NCBI GenBank assembly: GCA_040357565.1
Contig: JBDODJ010000003.1
From: Cercozoa sp. M6MM
Lineage: Eukaryota > Protista > Endomyxa: Ascetosporea
DNA: 64,000 nucleotides
Direction: 5' to 3' (one strand)
The notes beneath the pieces are model-generated. The model was not told the DNA's origin. It did no database searches and saw only the letters and a list, made by a program, of their open reading frames with translations. Below are positions 39,686 through 56,940 of the stretch, piece by piece (positions within the stretch are counted from its first letter, which is position 1; every line of letters starts with the position of its first letter). A program made the translations under genes and the position numbers.

Positions 39686-40608
39686 GAAGCTGAGTCAGCG
39701 ACCTCAGACTCAAGTTGTCGGCAACACCGAGACCGGCAGTGTCGCCAGTGAAAGCAGTGCCAGTGGTACCCTCCCTATCATATACTCCGTACCCACTACC
39801 CCTCTACCCTTATATATCCCGTATCTGTAGCCCCAGTGCCGACGAGTGTGCCGACGGTATCAAGTCTGTCGGCAGGTACCATTGCAGGCAGCGACATCAC
39901 CTTCACCGCCAGTGGCACACGCGCTGTCGTTGAAACCACCAGGTGAGCCAGCCTCCTCTGGGATCATCTGGCTGGGGATTATCGGGGGTGATCTGGGATC
40001 ATCTGACTGGCTAAGGGATCATCTGTGCAGTCCCGAAGAACCGTCGCCGAGCGCGGCAATGCCGCCGCCGTCGATGACATCGTCATCGGACGGTCATCTG
40101 GCTCTCTTCGACCACGTGAGCAACAAGCGGCGGCAGGTGTCGCCTTCCTCCTCTGTACCTCGCCCTTTAACATACCTATCCCCTTAACTAGGCACTTGTG
40201 CTCCCTTATTCTTGTCCGTGTGGCTACACCCTGGACAGGAACAGGACAGGGACGCTTCGAGTGAGCAGCACGAGCCGCCTTCCAAGCGAGCACGCATGTC
40301 GCCCTCGGCCGTCAGCGATACGGTACATTCTCGCCCCCTTGCCCACCTCGCCCCCCCCCCCCCCCCCCATCATGTTTCTGTGTGTTGTACAGCTGAAGGA
40401 CACGTCGCCGGTGCTGACAGGTATGGACGATCCGGTCGGTATGGGCTCATTCAGCAGCATGCCGGGCATGATGTCCACCGGGATGGACAACTCGTTCGAC
40501 ATGTTCGGCTCGGCGGGCGATGCGCTCTTCGATCCGCCCGGACACGGCGGCAGCGCTTTTGACTTTGGCGGCTCGATTTTCGACACTGAGCCGGGACATC
40601 CGTTCTAG
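36965..40608 (+). CDS. Low-complexity Q/N/G/S-rich protein with small globular islands, possible transcriptional regulator
   Basis: GC-rich exons with polyQ and polyN, peptide repeats (VGSV)n and (GNTLG)n, and an acidic/aromatic C-terminus. No family recognised. Confidence 0.7.
37706..37747. repeat. (AT)n microsatellite in an intron
   Basis: Direct inspection. Confidence 0.95.
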
Positions 40609-40801
40609 ACCTGAGACGAGAGAGTATTCGATATGACTGACTGATTGATGACTGATGACTGAAGTGACTGGCGTGGACCGGACGTGACCTTGGCCTTGTT
40701 TTTTTCGTTTGAAGCACACGTACAATTACTACCGTACAGCACAGTACGCAGTATGTAGCTTGTAGATTGAACTAACTACTTATGTCAGTGTAACACGTTT
40801 C

Positions 40802-46370
<5,569 letters not shown>

Positions 46371-46428
46371 CTTTTCGGTGTCAATTGTCGCCTTTGTTTA
46401 CGGCTTTGAGGAGTACTCAAATTACGTA

Positions 46429-48442
<2,014 letters not shown>

Positions 48443-48489
48443 ATTAAAGGAATTACACACAAAAGCACACGAGCACAAACAAAAGGTAC

Positions 48490-49307
48490 CACGTTGCGTT
48501 AGATTCAGCTTTTCGGCAAAGAAGGTAATTGCAGACAGTTTTGTTTCGTGCGATCCAATTGGATCGTCGTCGTTCTCATACTCTAACGTGATGTTTCCTC
48601 TTGACAACCGAATATGCTCTGCCTGAGCAAAGGCAACGACGCAGCACATTCGAAAGAATGAAGGAGCGTCAAAGAGAAAGCGGCACGCCGTACCGGAAGC
48701 TGCATCGCTTTAACTGCCTCGCGACGCACATCACCCACAGTGTCATTTACAGTTAGTTCTAACTTTAGTCTTCTGCCGGGGAAGCGCAACCGCACCGACA
48801 CTTTTTTCTCGTTGCGGCCTCCTAAAAAAGGCAAGGACAAACAAATTGGTGGCTTTTGTCGTTTTTCATAACAAAAAATAAATAAATAAATAAATAACCG
48901 TTAAAAACAGTCACAGTCTCAAACCTGAAATGGTGAACTCACGCGACTTCATCGAACACCTTGAGGTTCGTGTTGTCCTCGCAGAAACCTGTACCACCCT
49001 TGTCGAGGTTTGTGTTGTCCTTGTAGAAGCTTGTATCAGCGACGCCGACGTGGACAGAGCACTTGGCAAAAACTCCCAAAAAGTAATTTCAACCCCGCTC
49101 CAACCAACAGACGTTATGTGCTCCTCCGGTACTAAGCACGCACTTGCGCTCAAAGATCTGGACAGAAAACGTACTTTGAGAAATCGGATTTCTGATCGGT
49201 ATCGATGTGATGTTAATTGAAGTTCTGTCCTTGTTGCATGCATTTCCACTCGACTGATAATCTCTCGACTTGTCCACCTTACCGGTGGCGCGAGATCCTC
49301 CCGCCAT
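48490..49307 (-). CDS. Protein with a ubiquitin-like/UBX-like domain, partial
   Basis: KKVSVRLRFPGRRLKLELTVNDTVGDVRREAVKAMQLP|AEHIRLSRGNITLE fits a beta-grasp pattern; upstream exons are tentative. Confidence 0.5.
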
Positions 49308-49351
49308 CCCACGATCGTGTACGGTACGGCAGCGCAGGAAACGACGCGATG

Positions 49352-50995
49352 CTAATGATCGCGCGCCGTTGGAGGTGTTGACGAGACAGAAAATGGCGAA
49401 GTGTCGTTTTTCCTGGCCACGAAGCAGCCGAGTCGGTAGGCGCGCACATTGAGCGACTGTTCATTGTCAGCATAGCCACTGATTCCGTCCTCACGCATGC
49501 TCGAATGCAGCAGCGTGAAACCGGCGCTTTCGATGACCTTCAGGAGCTCCTGGAATGAGAGACGCAGCGGGGGTTCTTCATTGTCGTGCACGTGCCACTA
49601 TCTCAGTGCACACAGTAGTTTCGCCAAGATTCAATGAAGTGATGGAAAGGTATAAACTGGGTACAGTGAGGGGGCCACTGTTGACCCAGACACCACCGTC
49701 AGGTAGCATATCGTGAATGAGTCGAATACAGTGCTCAACATCTGGTACAGCGTCGATAAAGAAACACGTTGCCACGGCGTCTGCAGCGTACACCAACAAT
49801 TAGTGGTACAGATCAAGCAAGTGGACACACAAGCGGAAACAAACCAAAGTGTCGATCTTGGTATTGCTCGAAAAAGTGGCCAGCACAGAAGGAGATTTCG
49901 AGGTCGTCCAGTCCTTCCATCGAGACGTCAGGTACTACCAAAGAGAATGGCCTGGTATAAGTACACATAGTAGTGATCACAAAGTACCCGTAATCTGTCT
50001 GCACTGAGAGTCGGTGTCGGTAACGTTGTCGAAGGTGTCAACGAAGGGACACAGTCGCCATTGTTGCGGATGCTGCTGCATGAAGAGCAGCGTCATGCCG
50101 CACAGCATCTGGTAGCTCACCTCGTTTGTCTCCACCCTGAAACCTTCCTTGGCCTAAGGAACAATAGACAGCTACATCAGCTGTATTTGCGCAAGTGTGT
50201 CCCTTCAGTACAAGGTCGAAAGCCAGTCGGCCGAGTCCACAGCCGGGAACCAAAACTGACGCACGCGATTCACAGTGTTGCTTCAAGTTGTCAATGAAGT
50301 ACTTGTGTAGATGCTCTCTGTTGACACACAATAGTCTGCAAATACTTCATAGACTCAAGTGGAACCTTTCGCGTGCTCCTTCTGCACTCCACTCTCTCGC
50401 AAACTGACGCAGCGTTGCCGTCACTTTCTGCAGACCAGCAACCGATATCACAAGCACATTCGACCCTGCCCACCGAGCCTAAACAAAGCAGCACATTGAT
50501 GTCACGATCATGAGCATTCGAATCAGTCAGAACACGATCAAATTCTTCTTGGGTTTTCGCCCATCTGTCAAGGTACAGGTGAGTGTCAACGTGACCACAA
50601 AGAGAACACGTGGAAACAACTCACTTGGTGAGGAACGCACTAGCGCCAGATTGACGCAGCTGCAAGCAAAAGCGCCGATTCGTGTCGAGTGCTTCGTGCA
50701 CGCGAATGCCACGTTGTGCCACTAAACAGCGCACTTGCTCCGAATTGCTCTGACTGGCTCGCTGGGCAACCTCTCTGTCCCATCTTTGTCGCACATGCCG
50801 GTCGTACTAAAGAACAAAGACGCAAGTTTTGTGTACATACGTGGACACTGCATCGTCAAAGTACTGTACCACACAAAGCGCTTCGAGCACCGAACCTAGG
50901 TGCTGTAGTCTACACATGAAAGCAGTACAGTAACACTCGACGCGACAGGCACAACAACAGACATTTTACTCCTCAAGTCGGGCCTGGTCGATCAT
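49352..50995 (-). CDS. CARNMT1: Carnosine N-methyltransferase (N2227 family)
   Basis: RQFAREWSAEG, VLVPGCGLGRLAFD, NEVSYQM, AGHF, VATCFFID, GVWVNSGPL. Confidence 0.92.
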
Positions 50996-51216
50996 GATAA
51001 TGTAGTAACACAATCAGGCGGTTAGTGACATATCGCACTGTACACTGTACACAGAACAGAACAAAAAAAAAAACTGTGGCTACTGTTTCACTGGAGTGAG
51101 AGGCTGCAAAGTAACACAATCAGTGGCCTCACGTGTGCTTGTATTATATAGACTCGAGTGGTATCGTTCAAGGCGTTGATTGCATTGTCATTGTGTTTTT
51201 TTGCACCGAATTGAAC

Positions 51217-51620
51217 ATGTCCAGATCGAATCTCGTCGAGATGGCAGACAGCAGCAACCAGGCGCTCAATGTGAACACCTGGAGGGTTGAGGTGGCAGAA
51301 CCATCGCCCGAATCACAGCCGATTCTTTCGCCGCTTCCGCACTGGTGCAGTCACACACTGTCCTTCTGTCCTTTCGCGAATCACTGCTGTGCATAGGAAG
51401 ACAATTGTGCACACAACGCTCAATGGTGTCGCCAACGGTATCGGCTTTGCTGCAGGTACAGAAACCTTCCTGCTTGAGGTGTTTTGACACGTGTATTTAC
51501 CTTGTTTTTTCGTCTGTGTTAGGCTCTGTTCTGGTCTATCTCGTGTGCAACAAGATCGTGTCGGGCAAGTTCACGCTCTCGACCAACACGCAGTCAAACG
51601 GCAGTCAGCAAACGCAGTAA
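51217..51620 (+). CDS. Small (~95 aa) single-TM protein
   Basis: Three exons in phase: MSRSNLVEMAD...PLPHW|KTIVHTTLNGVANGIGFAAG|SVLVYLVCNKIVSGK...QTQ*. Confidence 0.65.
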
Positions 51621-51715
51621 TAGACTAGGCTAGCGCAGTTTGATGCGCTGTGCAATTACAACGTACGTACGCATCACACGCACCCCAACGCAACTGCAAT
51701 TCCTAAAATCAGCTA

Positions 51716-53966
51716 GTTAGTTAGTTGAGTCTTCTAGGAAACCAACTATGTAGTTCCCCTGCACCAGTCTGGGGTGGGTCACAAGAGCATGGCCGTGTCT
51801 ACCGCCCGCTTAGGGTAGGACCATACAACTCCCCTTTTGACGTTCCCCAGACATCGAAGTCGACTTCATGGTTGATGCAGGTAGCGGGCTACAAGTAGAG
51901 AGGCGTCGCAGGCGGCGTCGGGTCGTCCCGTCGTCCTCCTCCCGTCTCTCCACTCGATACCTAAACAAAACAAACAAACGGACATAGACTTAGGGCCACC
52001 ACTGCTGTGAGTGGTGGCCTAGTCTATGTCGGGGACCTCTCGGTCCAGTGCCTGCTGGGAGGCTAGTTGTCCTTCGACAGTTGCTTCCTCGTCCCAGGAG
52101 ATCTTGGTGCCTTGATGCATTCTGTTGAGTGTTGCTAGGTTCTCGGGGTTGGCTAGTATGTCTTCGATTGTGCGCCATTGAGCCGCATTGGTGTTGTTTC
52201 TGATAGCTTCCGTTACCTTGCATTCCAGCAATCGGTGGTACGTGTCGAGAGTGTCTTCTGCATTTTCCCAGGTACCCGCGCAGTCGGGGCACTCGCTTAC
52301 TTCGCGCTTTTGTAGTCGTTGTTTGCATCCCTTGCAGTTGGGAGTCCTGAGTCTGCCTCTGGCTTTGCATTCATTGCACTTTCGCGGTATTTGGGCATAG
52401 TTGTAGTACTTGAAGCTTCCAAGTCTGTTGCAGAGGAATCTTGAAAGTGTGCGGATGTCTGCGATGCTGCGTTTGCGCTCTTTGTCTATTCTGAGGAGTT
52501 TGTTTGAGTTCCTGATGTGTTTCCAGGGGTTTCTGACGTGTGTTTTCTGTCGAGCTCTGACTCTGGCCCTTCTGAGAGGGCGTTGCGGTTCATTGTTTTT
52601 GCTGTTTCGTGTCTGCTTTTTCAGTTTTTTGTGGTCTTTGTTTATTTTGATCCAGTTTCTCCTTCTGCGGCTGTTCCTTCCTTTCTTTGCTTCTTTGTCT
52701 GCTAGTTCGTTGAGGTGAATGTCGATGTGTGATGGTACCCAGTGTACCGTGATGTGCATGTCCTTTGTAAGTTCTTTCAGTTGTGCATCAATCTCATCCA
52801 TCTCTGTTTTTTGAGGTGTTGTCAGGTGCAAGATTGTTCCTTTGTTGTCAATCAGGAGTGCGATACGGGTTTCTCCTTTTTCTTTAGCGTGTTTGATGCA
52901 TTGCATTATGGCAACTCTTTCTGCATCATAGATAGTCGCGTTGGTGATTTTTCCATTGCCAGACCTTAGCCTTCCATTGACTGGTTTTCCTGATGTCCAG
53001 CCGTAGCCTGCTTCGCTTCCGGCAAGGCTGCCGTCAGTTGCGTACACTTGTTGTATCTCTGCTCTGTTTGAGAGGTCACGTATCAGTTGGAGCCACTTGT
53101 GCTTGTGGTGTTCAGCATCCATTTTCCGTATTGACCATGTCTCGTGTTCTCTGGGTCTGTTCACTGTCTTGATGATCCTTCCGAGAATCTTTCTCCTTCT
53201 TTGTGGTATTTCGCTCAGTTCAGCGTCGGTGATCTTGCGGTTTGTGGCTGCTCTTCTCCAAGCAGAAATTGGTGTGGTGTCAGTGTGTAGACACAGTGTG
53301 CTCTCTTTAGCGTAGTGATTGATTAGTTCTGTCGCTTCTGCTCGTTCAGCCATCTCTCCGATTGTTCCTGTGTCGGTGATGGTGTACACTGCCTCGTTGG
53401 GAGAGCTCGTGGGTAGTCTCATGCAGATCCTCAGGGCGGTGCGTTGTGTTATTTCGAGTTTTCTCCTCCATTTTGTGCTGCCAATTTTGTGCCACCAGAG
53501 CGCGATGCCGTATCGAGCGCATGACAGTATCCATGCTTTGTAGATCTGTACCGCTAGGTATTGTGTGAGTCCAGACCTCGTGTATATCAGTCTTTTCAGT
53601 GTGTTGATCCTCCGAGTGATTTTGTGGTGTAGTTGCTCTGCGTGTGCCTCGTATGACAGGTTTCTGTCTATGAGGAGACCTAAGATTCTCATTTTGTCTA
53701 CTTGCTCGATGTCTTCTCTCTCGTTGTCGTGGGACAGTGTTTTCATTCTGATTTTGAGGTCTCTGATTGTCTTCTTTCCCAGTTGGATGAACTGAGTCTT
53801 TGTGGGTGCAAATTCCATGCCGTTGCGTTTTGCCCAGGTGGTGGCTGTGTCCAAGAGGCACTTACAAGCTTCCTGCATGTCTGATCTCTTTGTTGTCCTT
53901 ACTATGACGTATGAGTCATCGGCGTATCCGACACTGTGTGCAGTGGTTACTGCTCCTTTAATTTTA
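51716..53966 (-). mobile_element. 5'-truncated non-LTR retrotransposon (RNase H-bearing, I/Ingi/Tad-like) with 15-bp TSD
   Basis: Perfect TSD tcctaaaatcagcta at 51701-51715 and 53967-53981; 3' tail of TAAC repeats; uninterrupted ORF; strong strand A-bias. Confidence 0.95.
52019..53965 (-). CDS. ORF2 C-terminal part: RT palm/thumb, RNase H, CCHC knuckle (no start codon, truncated)
   Basis: GYADDS at ~53915-53932, FAPTKTQ, RILGLLID; RNase H ATDGS...AERVAI...LIDN...HWVPSHIDIHLNELADKEAK; CPDC...HRLLEC. Confidence 0.93.
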   Translation of the reverse strand, partial: KIKGAVTTAHSVGYADDSYVIVRTTKRSDMQEACKCLLDTATTWAKRNGMEFAPTKTQFIQLGKKTIRDLKIRMKTLSHDNEREDIEQVDKMRILGLLIDRNLSYEAHAEQLHHKITRRINTLKRLIYTRSGLTQYLAVQIYKAWILSCARYGIALWWHKIGSTKWRRKLEITQRTALRICMRLPTSSPNEAVYTITDTGTIGEMAERAEATELINHYAKESTLCLHTDTTPISAWRRAATNRKITDAELSEIPQRRRKILGRIIKTVNRPREHETWSIRKMDAEHHKHKWLQLIRDLSNRAEIQQVYATDGSLAGSEAGYGWTSGKPVNGRLRSGNGKITNATIYDAERVAIMQCIKHAKEKGETRIALLIDNKGTILHLTTPQKTEMDEIDAQLKELTKDMHITVHWVPSHIDIHLNELADKEAKKGRNSRRRRNWIKINKDHKKLKKQTRNSKNNEPQRPLRRARVRARQKTHVRNPWKHIRNSNKLLRIDKERKRSIADIRTLSRFLCNRLGSFKYYNYAQIPRKCNECKARGRLRTPNCKGCKQRLQKREVSECPDCAGTWENAEDTLDTYHRLLECKVTEAIRNNTNAAQWRTIEDILANPENLATLNRMHQGTKISWDEEATVEGQLASQQALDREVPDID

Positions 53967-54158
53967 TCCTAAAATCAGCTACTTCTTTGTGACTCGACTG
54001 CTGCTAGCACTGAGTGACGTGGGTGACTCAAAAGTCCAAACTGAAGAACACTAACTGAACAAACGGGACGGGAACGACCGGGTGCGCTGACAGCACTGCA
54101 GCAGGTGCGCATAAGTGACGACTCCACTTTGCGTTCACTGATGAATCGTCACCGAGGA

Positions 54159-55382
54159 CTAGAAGGCATCCGCGCTCGACTTGAGGCAGAGCTGCGAAAC
54201 ACGGTGCAATGTGAGGCTGCCCATTACACTAAACCAGGGAAACCGCAAGGCAAGCTGTACGTTGATGAGGTCGGACAGCGTGCAGAGACCGACAGGCTTG
54301 ATTGCATTGTCGACAAGCCAGACGCGCTTGATGCGCTTCTGCACAACGAGATCGAGCGCCTCCTGCACGGTCGAGTTCGGCGTGAGTGTGAGCGGTGCGG
54401 AGCCGCCCGAGGAGCGACGCAGAAAGGCGAGCACGTTGAGGTTCTTGAGGTCCTCGATGTCGACGAGTTCGTCGTTGCCGTTGTTGCCACCGATGCAGAC
54501 ACGTCGCAGGTCGGTGCCTGTGTTCGAACTCAGACATAAATACAGCCAACAGAGAGAAGCAGCGAGAAGAAACGCACAACTGAGGTTCGCCACGAGTTGC
54601 TGCGAGCTGTTGACGATGCCGACGCAGGTGACCTCCTTGTTGCGCATGCGCGACAGCGCCTGCAGTGCCGACTCGGTGTCCTGTGCCTTCACAGTCTCAC
54701 GCAGCAGACCGGCATCCTCGAGCGTCGACTCGGCCACCTATCCAGTTAAGAGTTTAGTCAAGAGTCCAATCAAGAGTCCAATCAAGAGTTCAGTCAAGAG
54801 TCCAGTCAAAGGTGAGCACATCAACACAGACTCAGTGCCACCCAGAGTGACCGTACCTCCTCCGGCAAGCGGATCTGCTTGTTCAGATAGCGAATCAAGT
54901 CGGTCTGCGAGAGCAGCTGCGGGTTCTTGAGGTCGTCATCGAGCGTGACAATCACGCGGTGCACGCCCGCCGAGAAAATCGGCAGCAACGTGTCCACCGT
55001 GTCGTTGTGCTTGAAGATGAACATGTCGCGCGACTCGGCGCCCATGCCGACTAGGTGGTGCACCTGCAGCTCCTCCGGCGGCGTGCTGTCCTCGGAACGC
55101 AGCGCCAGATACGTCAGCACATCCTGCAGGTCTACAATGCGCACGGCGTCACCATTCTGGTCCATCACAGGCAACGACGTCACCGAGGCGGCACGCATCT
55201 TGTCCAGCGTGTCCTTCAGCGTGTCAGTCAAGTTGCACGTCACAAGTTCCTTGCGAAACACGATACCTGTTCCCAACAGGCTTTACATCGATTAACCGCA
55301 AGTAGAATCCGCAACACGTACCACCAAGAACATTTGATAGCGTGTGCGACGCGAAAGCCGTCGGTGTGGAGTCGCTCGACAT
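54159..55382 (-). CDS. Four-CBS-domain protein (SDS23/AMPK-gamma-like)
   Basis: MSSDSTPTAFASHTLSNVLG|GIVFRKELVTC..., VTSLPVMD, GVHRVIV, LSQTDLIRYL, LVANLS, IKRVWLVD, CTLSDLI. Confidence 0.88.
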
Positions 55383-55750
55383 CTTTTTCAAAATACGTCA
55401 AGCTCCTAAACAGCACAACAGCCCAGCAAAATCGTTTCCCTTGCTTTTTGCTGCCACACGAAAGGAAGCGTATACGCGCCAAACAAACCTTTGAGACAGC
55501 ACCCAATTGCTAGAAAAAAGCAAAACGGTCTGCGAAAGCTGTATTCTTCCTTTTGTGGCATTTCAAGGGTGTCTATATCGGCCGAATGCTCGTGTCGATC
55601 ATAATCCCAGCAGAGCTCATTCGCAGCATCATTGTGTTCCGGCGCGTGCATAGCTACGGTTTATGGCCTAAAAATTGTCGAAAGCCCGTCGAAGCGTACC
55701 TTTTACATCTTCAGCGCGGGTTAAAACTCTGTCAAGTCACAGAAAATTCC

Positions 55751-55779
55751 ATGACGTGGCACGTCGAAACATGACGTGG
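55751..55779 (+). promoter_or_regulatory. Tandem ATGACGTGG bZIP (UPRE/G-box-like) elements
   Basis: ATGACGTGG at 55751-55759 and 55771-55779, 20 bp apart, 115-140 bp upstream of ATG 55893. Confidence 0.5.
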
Positions 55780-55892
55780 AAGCTGCGTTCTTTCGCTTCT
55801 ATCAGTCTTTCTTGTTTAGTCTGAGTCACATAAGGTAGGCTGTGCTCCTTGTGCCCTAAACTTGACCTCTAAAATTCGACGGTAGGACAAAC

Positions 55893-56852
55893 ATGAGACT
55901 TCTTCTGTACGCCAGCCTGGTTTTTTTGGGCCTCCTTCGTGTCAAGGCCGGCTTTAGTGCCGAGACTTTGATCGACGATGATGGAAAGGTGTTGATACAC
56001 GAAGATATCAGTGTCAGTGAGGTAATTCTACTTTTTATACGGGAGCGATCAGTTTGATATTTCTGACCTGTAAGATATTTAGAATGAACACTGGCAAGTC
56101 GATTCTCTCGATGACGTGCTCGACATTGACGCACTGATTACGAAAGAGCAGCAGCAAATTCGCGAACTGGAAGTTCGCAAGCGACGTGAAGATGAGATTC
56201 GCGAGAAGATGCGAAGGTTTAGAGAACAAGAGCGCGAGCAACGACTCGAGCGAGCGCGGAAGGAACTCGAAGATACCCAACGCCGTATCCAACAAGAACA
56301 AGACCGCAAACGAAACGAAGAATACGCAAGAAGCAAGCTTCAGTCCAAGAAACCGACTTACAAGGTTTTGAACCGTCTCCAGCTGCCTCGATCTGTCCAA
56401 AAGAGCGAGCTTTCTCTCGATGTGGTATGTCTCGTTATTGCTCCCTTGAGCATGTAGTCTAAACCTGTTTGTATTGTAGAAACACGGCAAACTCCGCTTG
56501 ATCCGAACTGTGCCTCGTCGCGACGTCTTTGGACGACTTGCTCGTCCTGACAGTCGCGTGCTGCAGCAGTGGCGACTATCGCCTTCTCTGGGTATCCTTT
56601 CGTTAATGCATCTTTTGGTTTGACCCTTAAACTTGACTTTAACTTGTGTATTCAGATACAACGCGGCTACAAGGCGACTTTGACGAGCGCAGCAGCGTGT
56701 TTGAACTGCGCTTGAATCCAAAGGACGAAGAGGTTCCACAACTCCAAGAACAAAAGCGTACCAATCGTGAGCAGCCGCGATGGAGACAGCCCAATCGACG
56801 GATTCGAAGATCGCGACCATTCCGCCAACCATGGAGCCTTTTTGATTTTTAA
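55893..56852 (+). CDS. Signal peptide + coiled coil + HSP20/alpha-crystallin-like domain protein
   Basis: MRLLLYASLVFLGLLRVKAG signal; charged coiled coil; YKVLNRLQLPRSVQKSELSLDV|KHGKLRL...WRLSPSL|DTTRLQGDFDERSSVFELRLNPK follows the alpha-crystallin pattern. Confidence 0.65.
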
Positions 56853-56940
56853 TTATAAACCCGAAACTGAACTAAACTGTATCCCTTTACGTTAGTCGAG
56901 TCAGTTCAGTTCGGTTTAACCAAAAAAAACAGATCGAATT

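Noticed and set aside
55406-55651. Cys-rich N-terminal extension of the CBS protein
   Set aside because: A simpler in-phase model starts at ATG 55382. The upstream ORF is probably UTR or intron.
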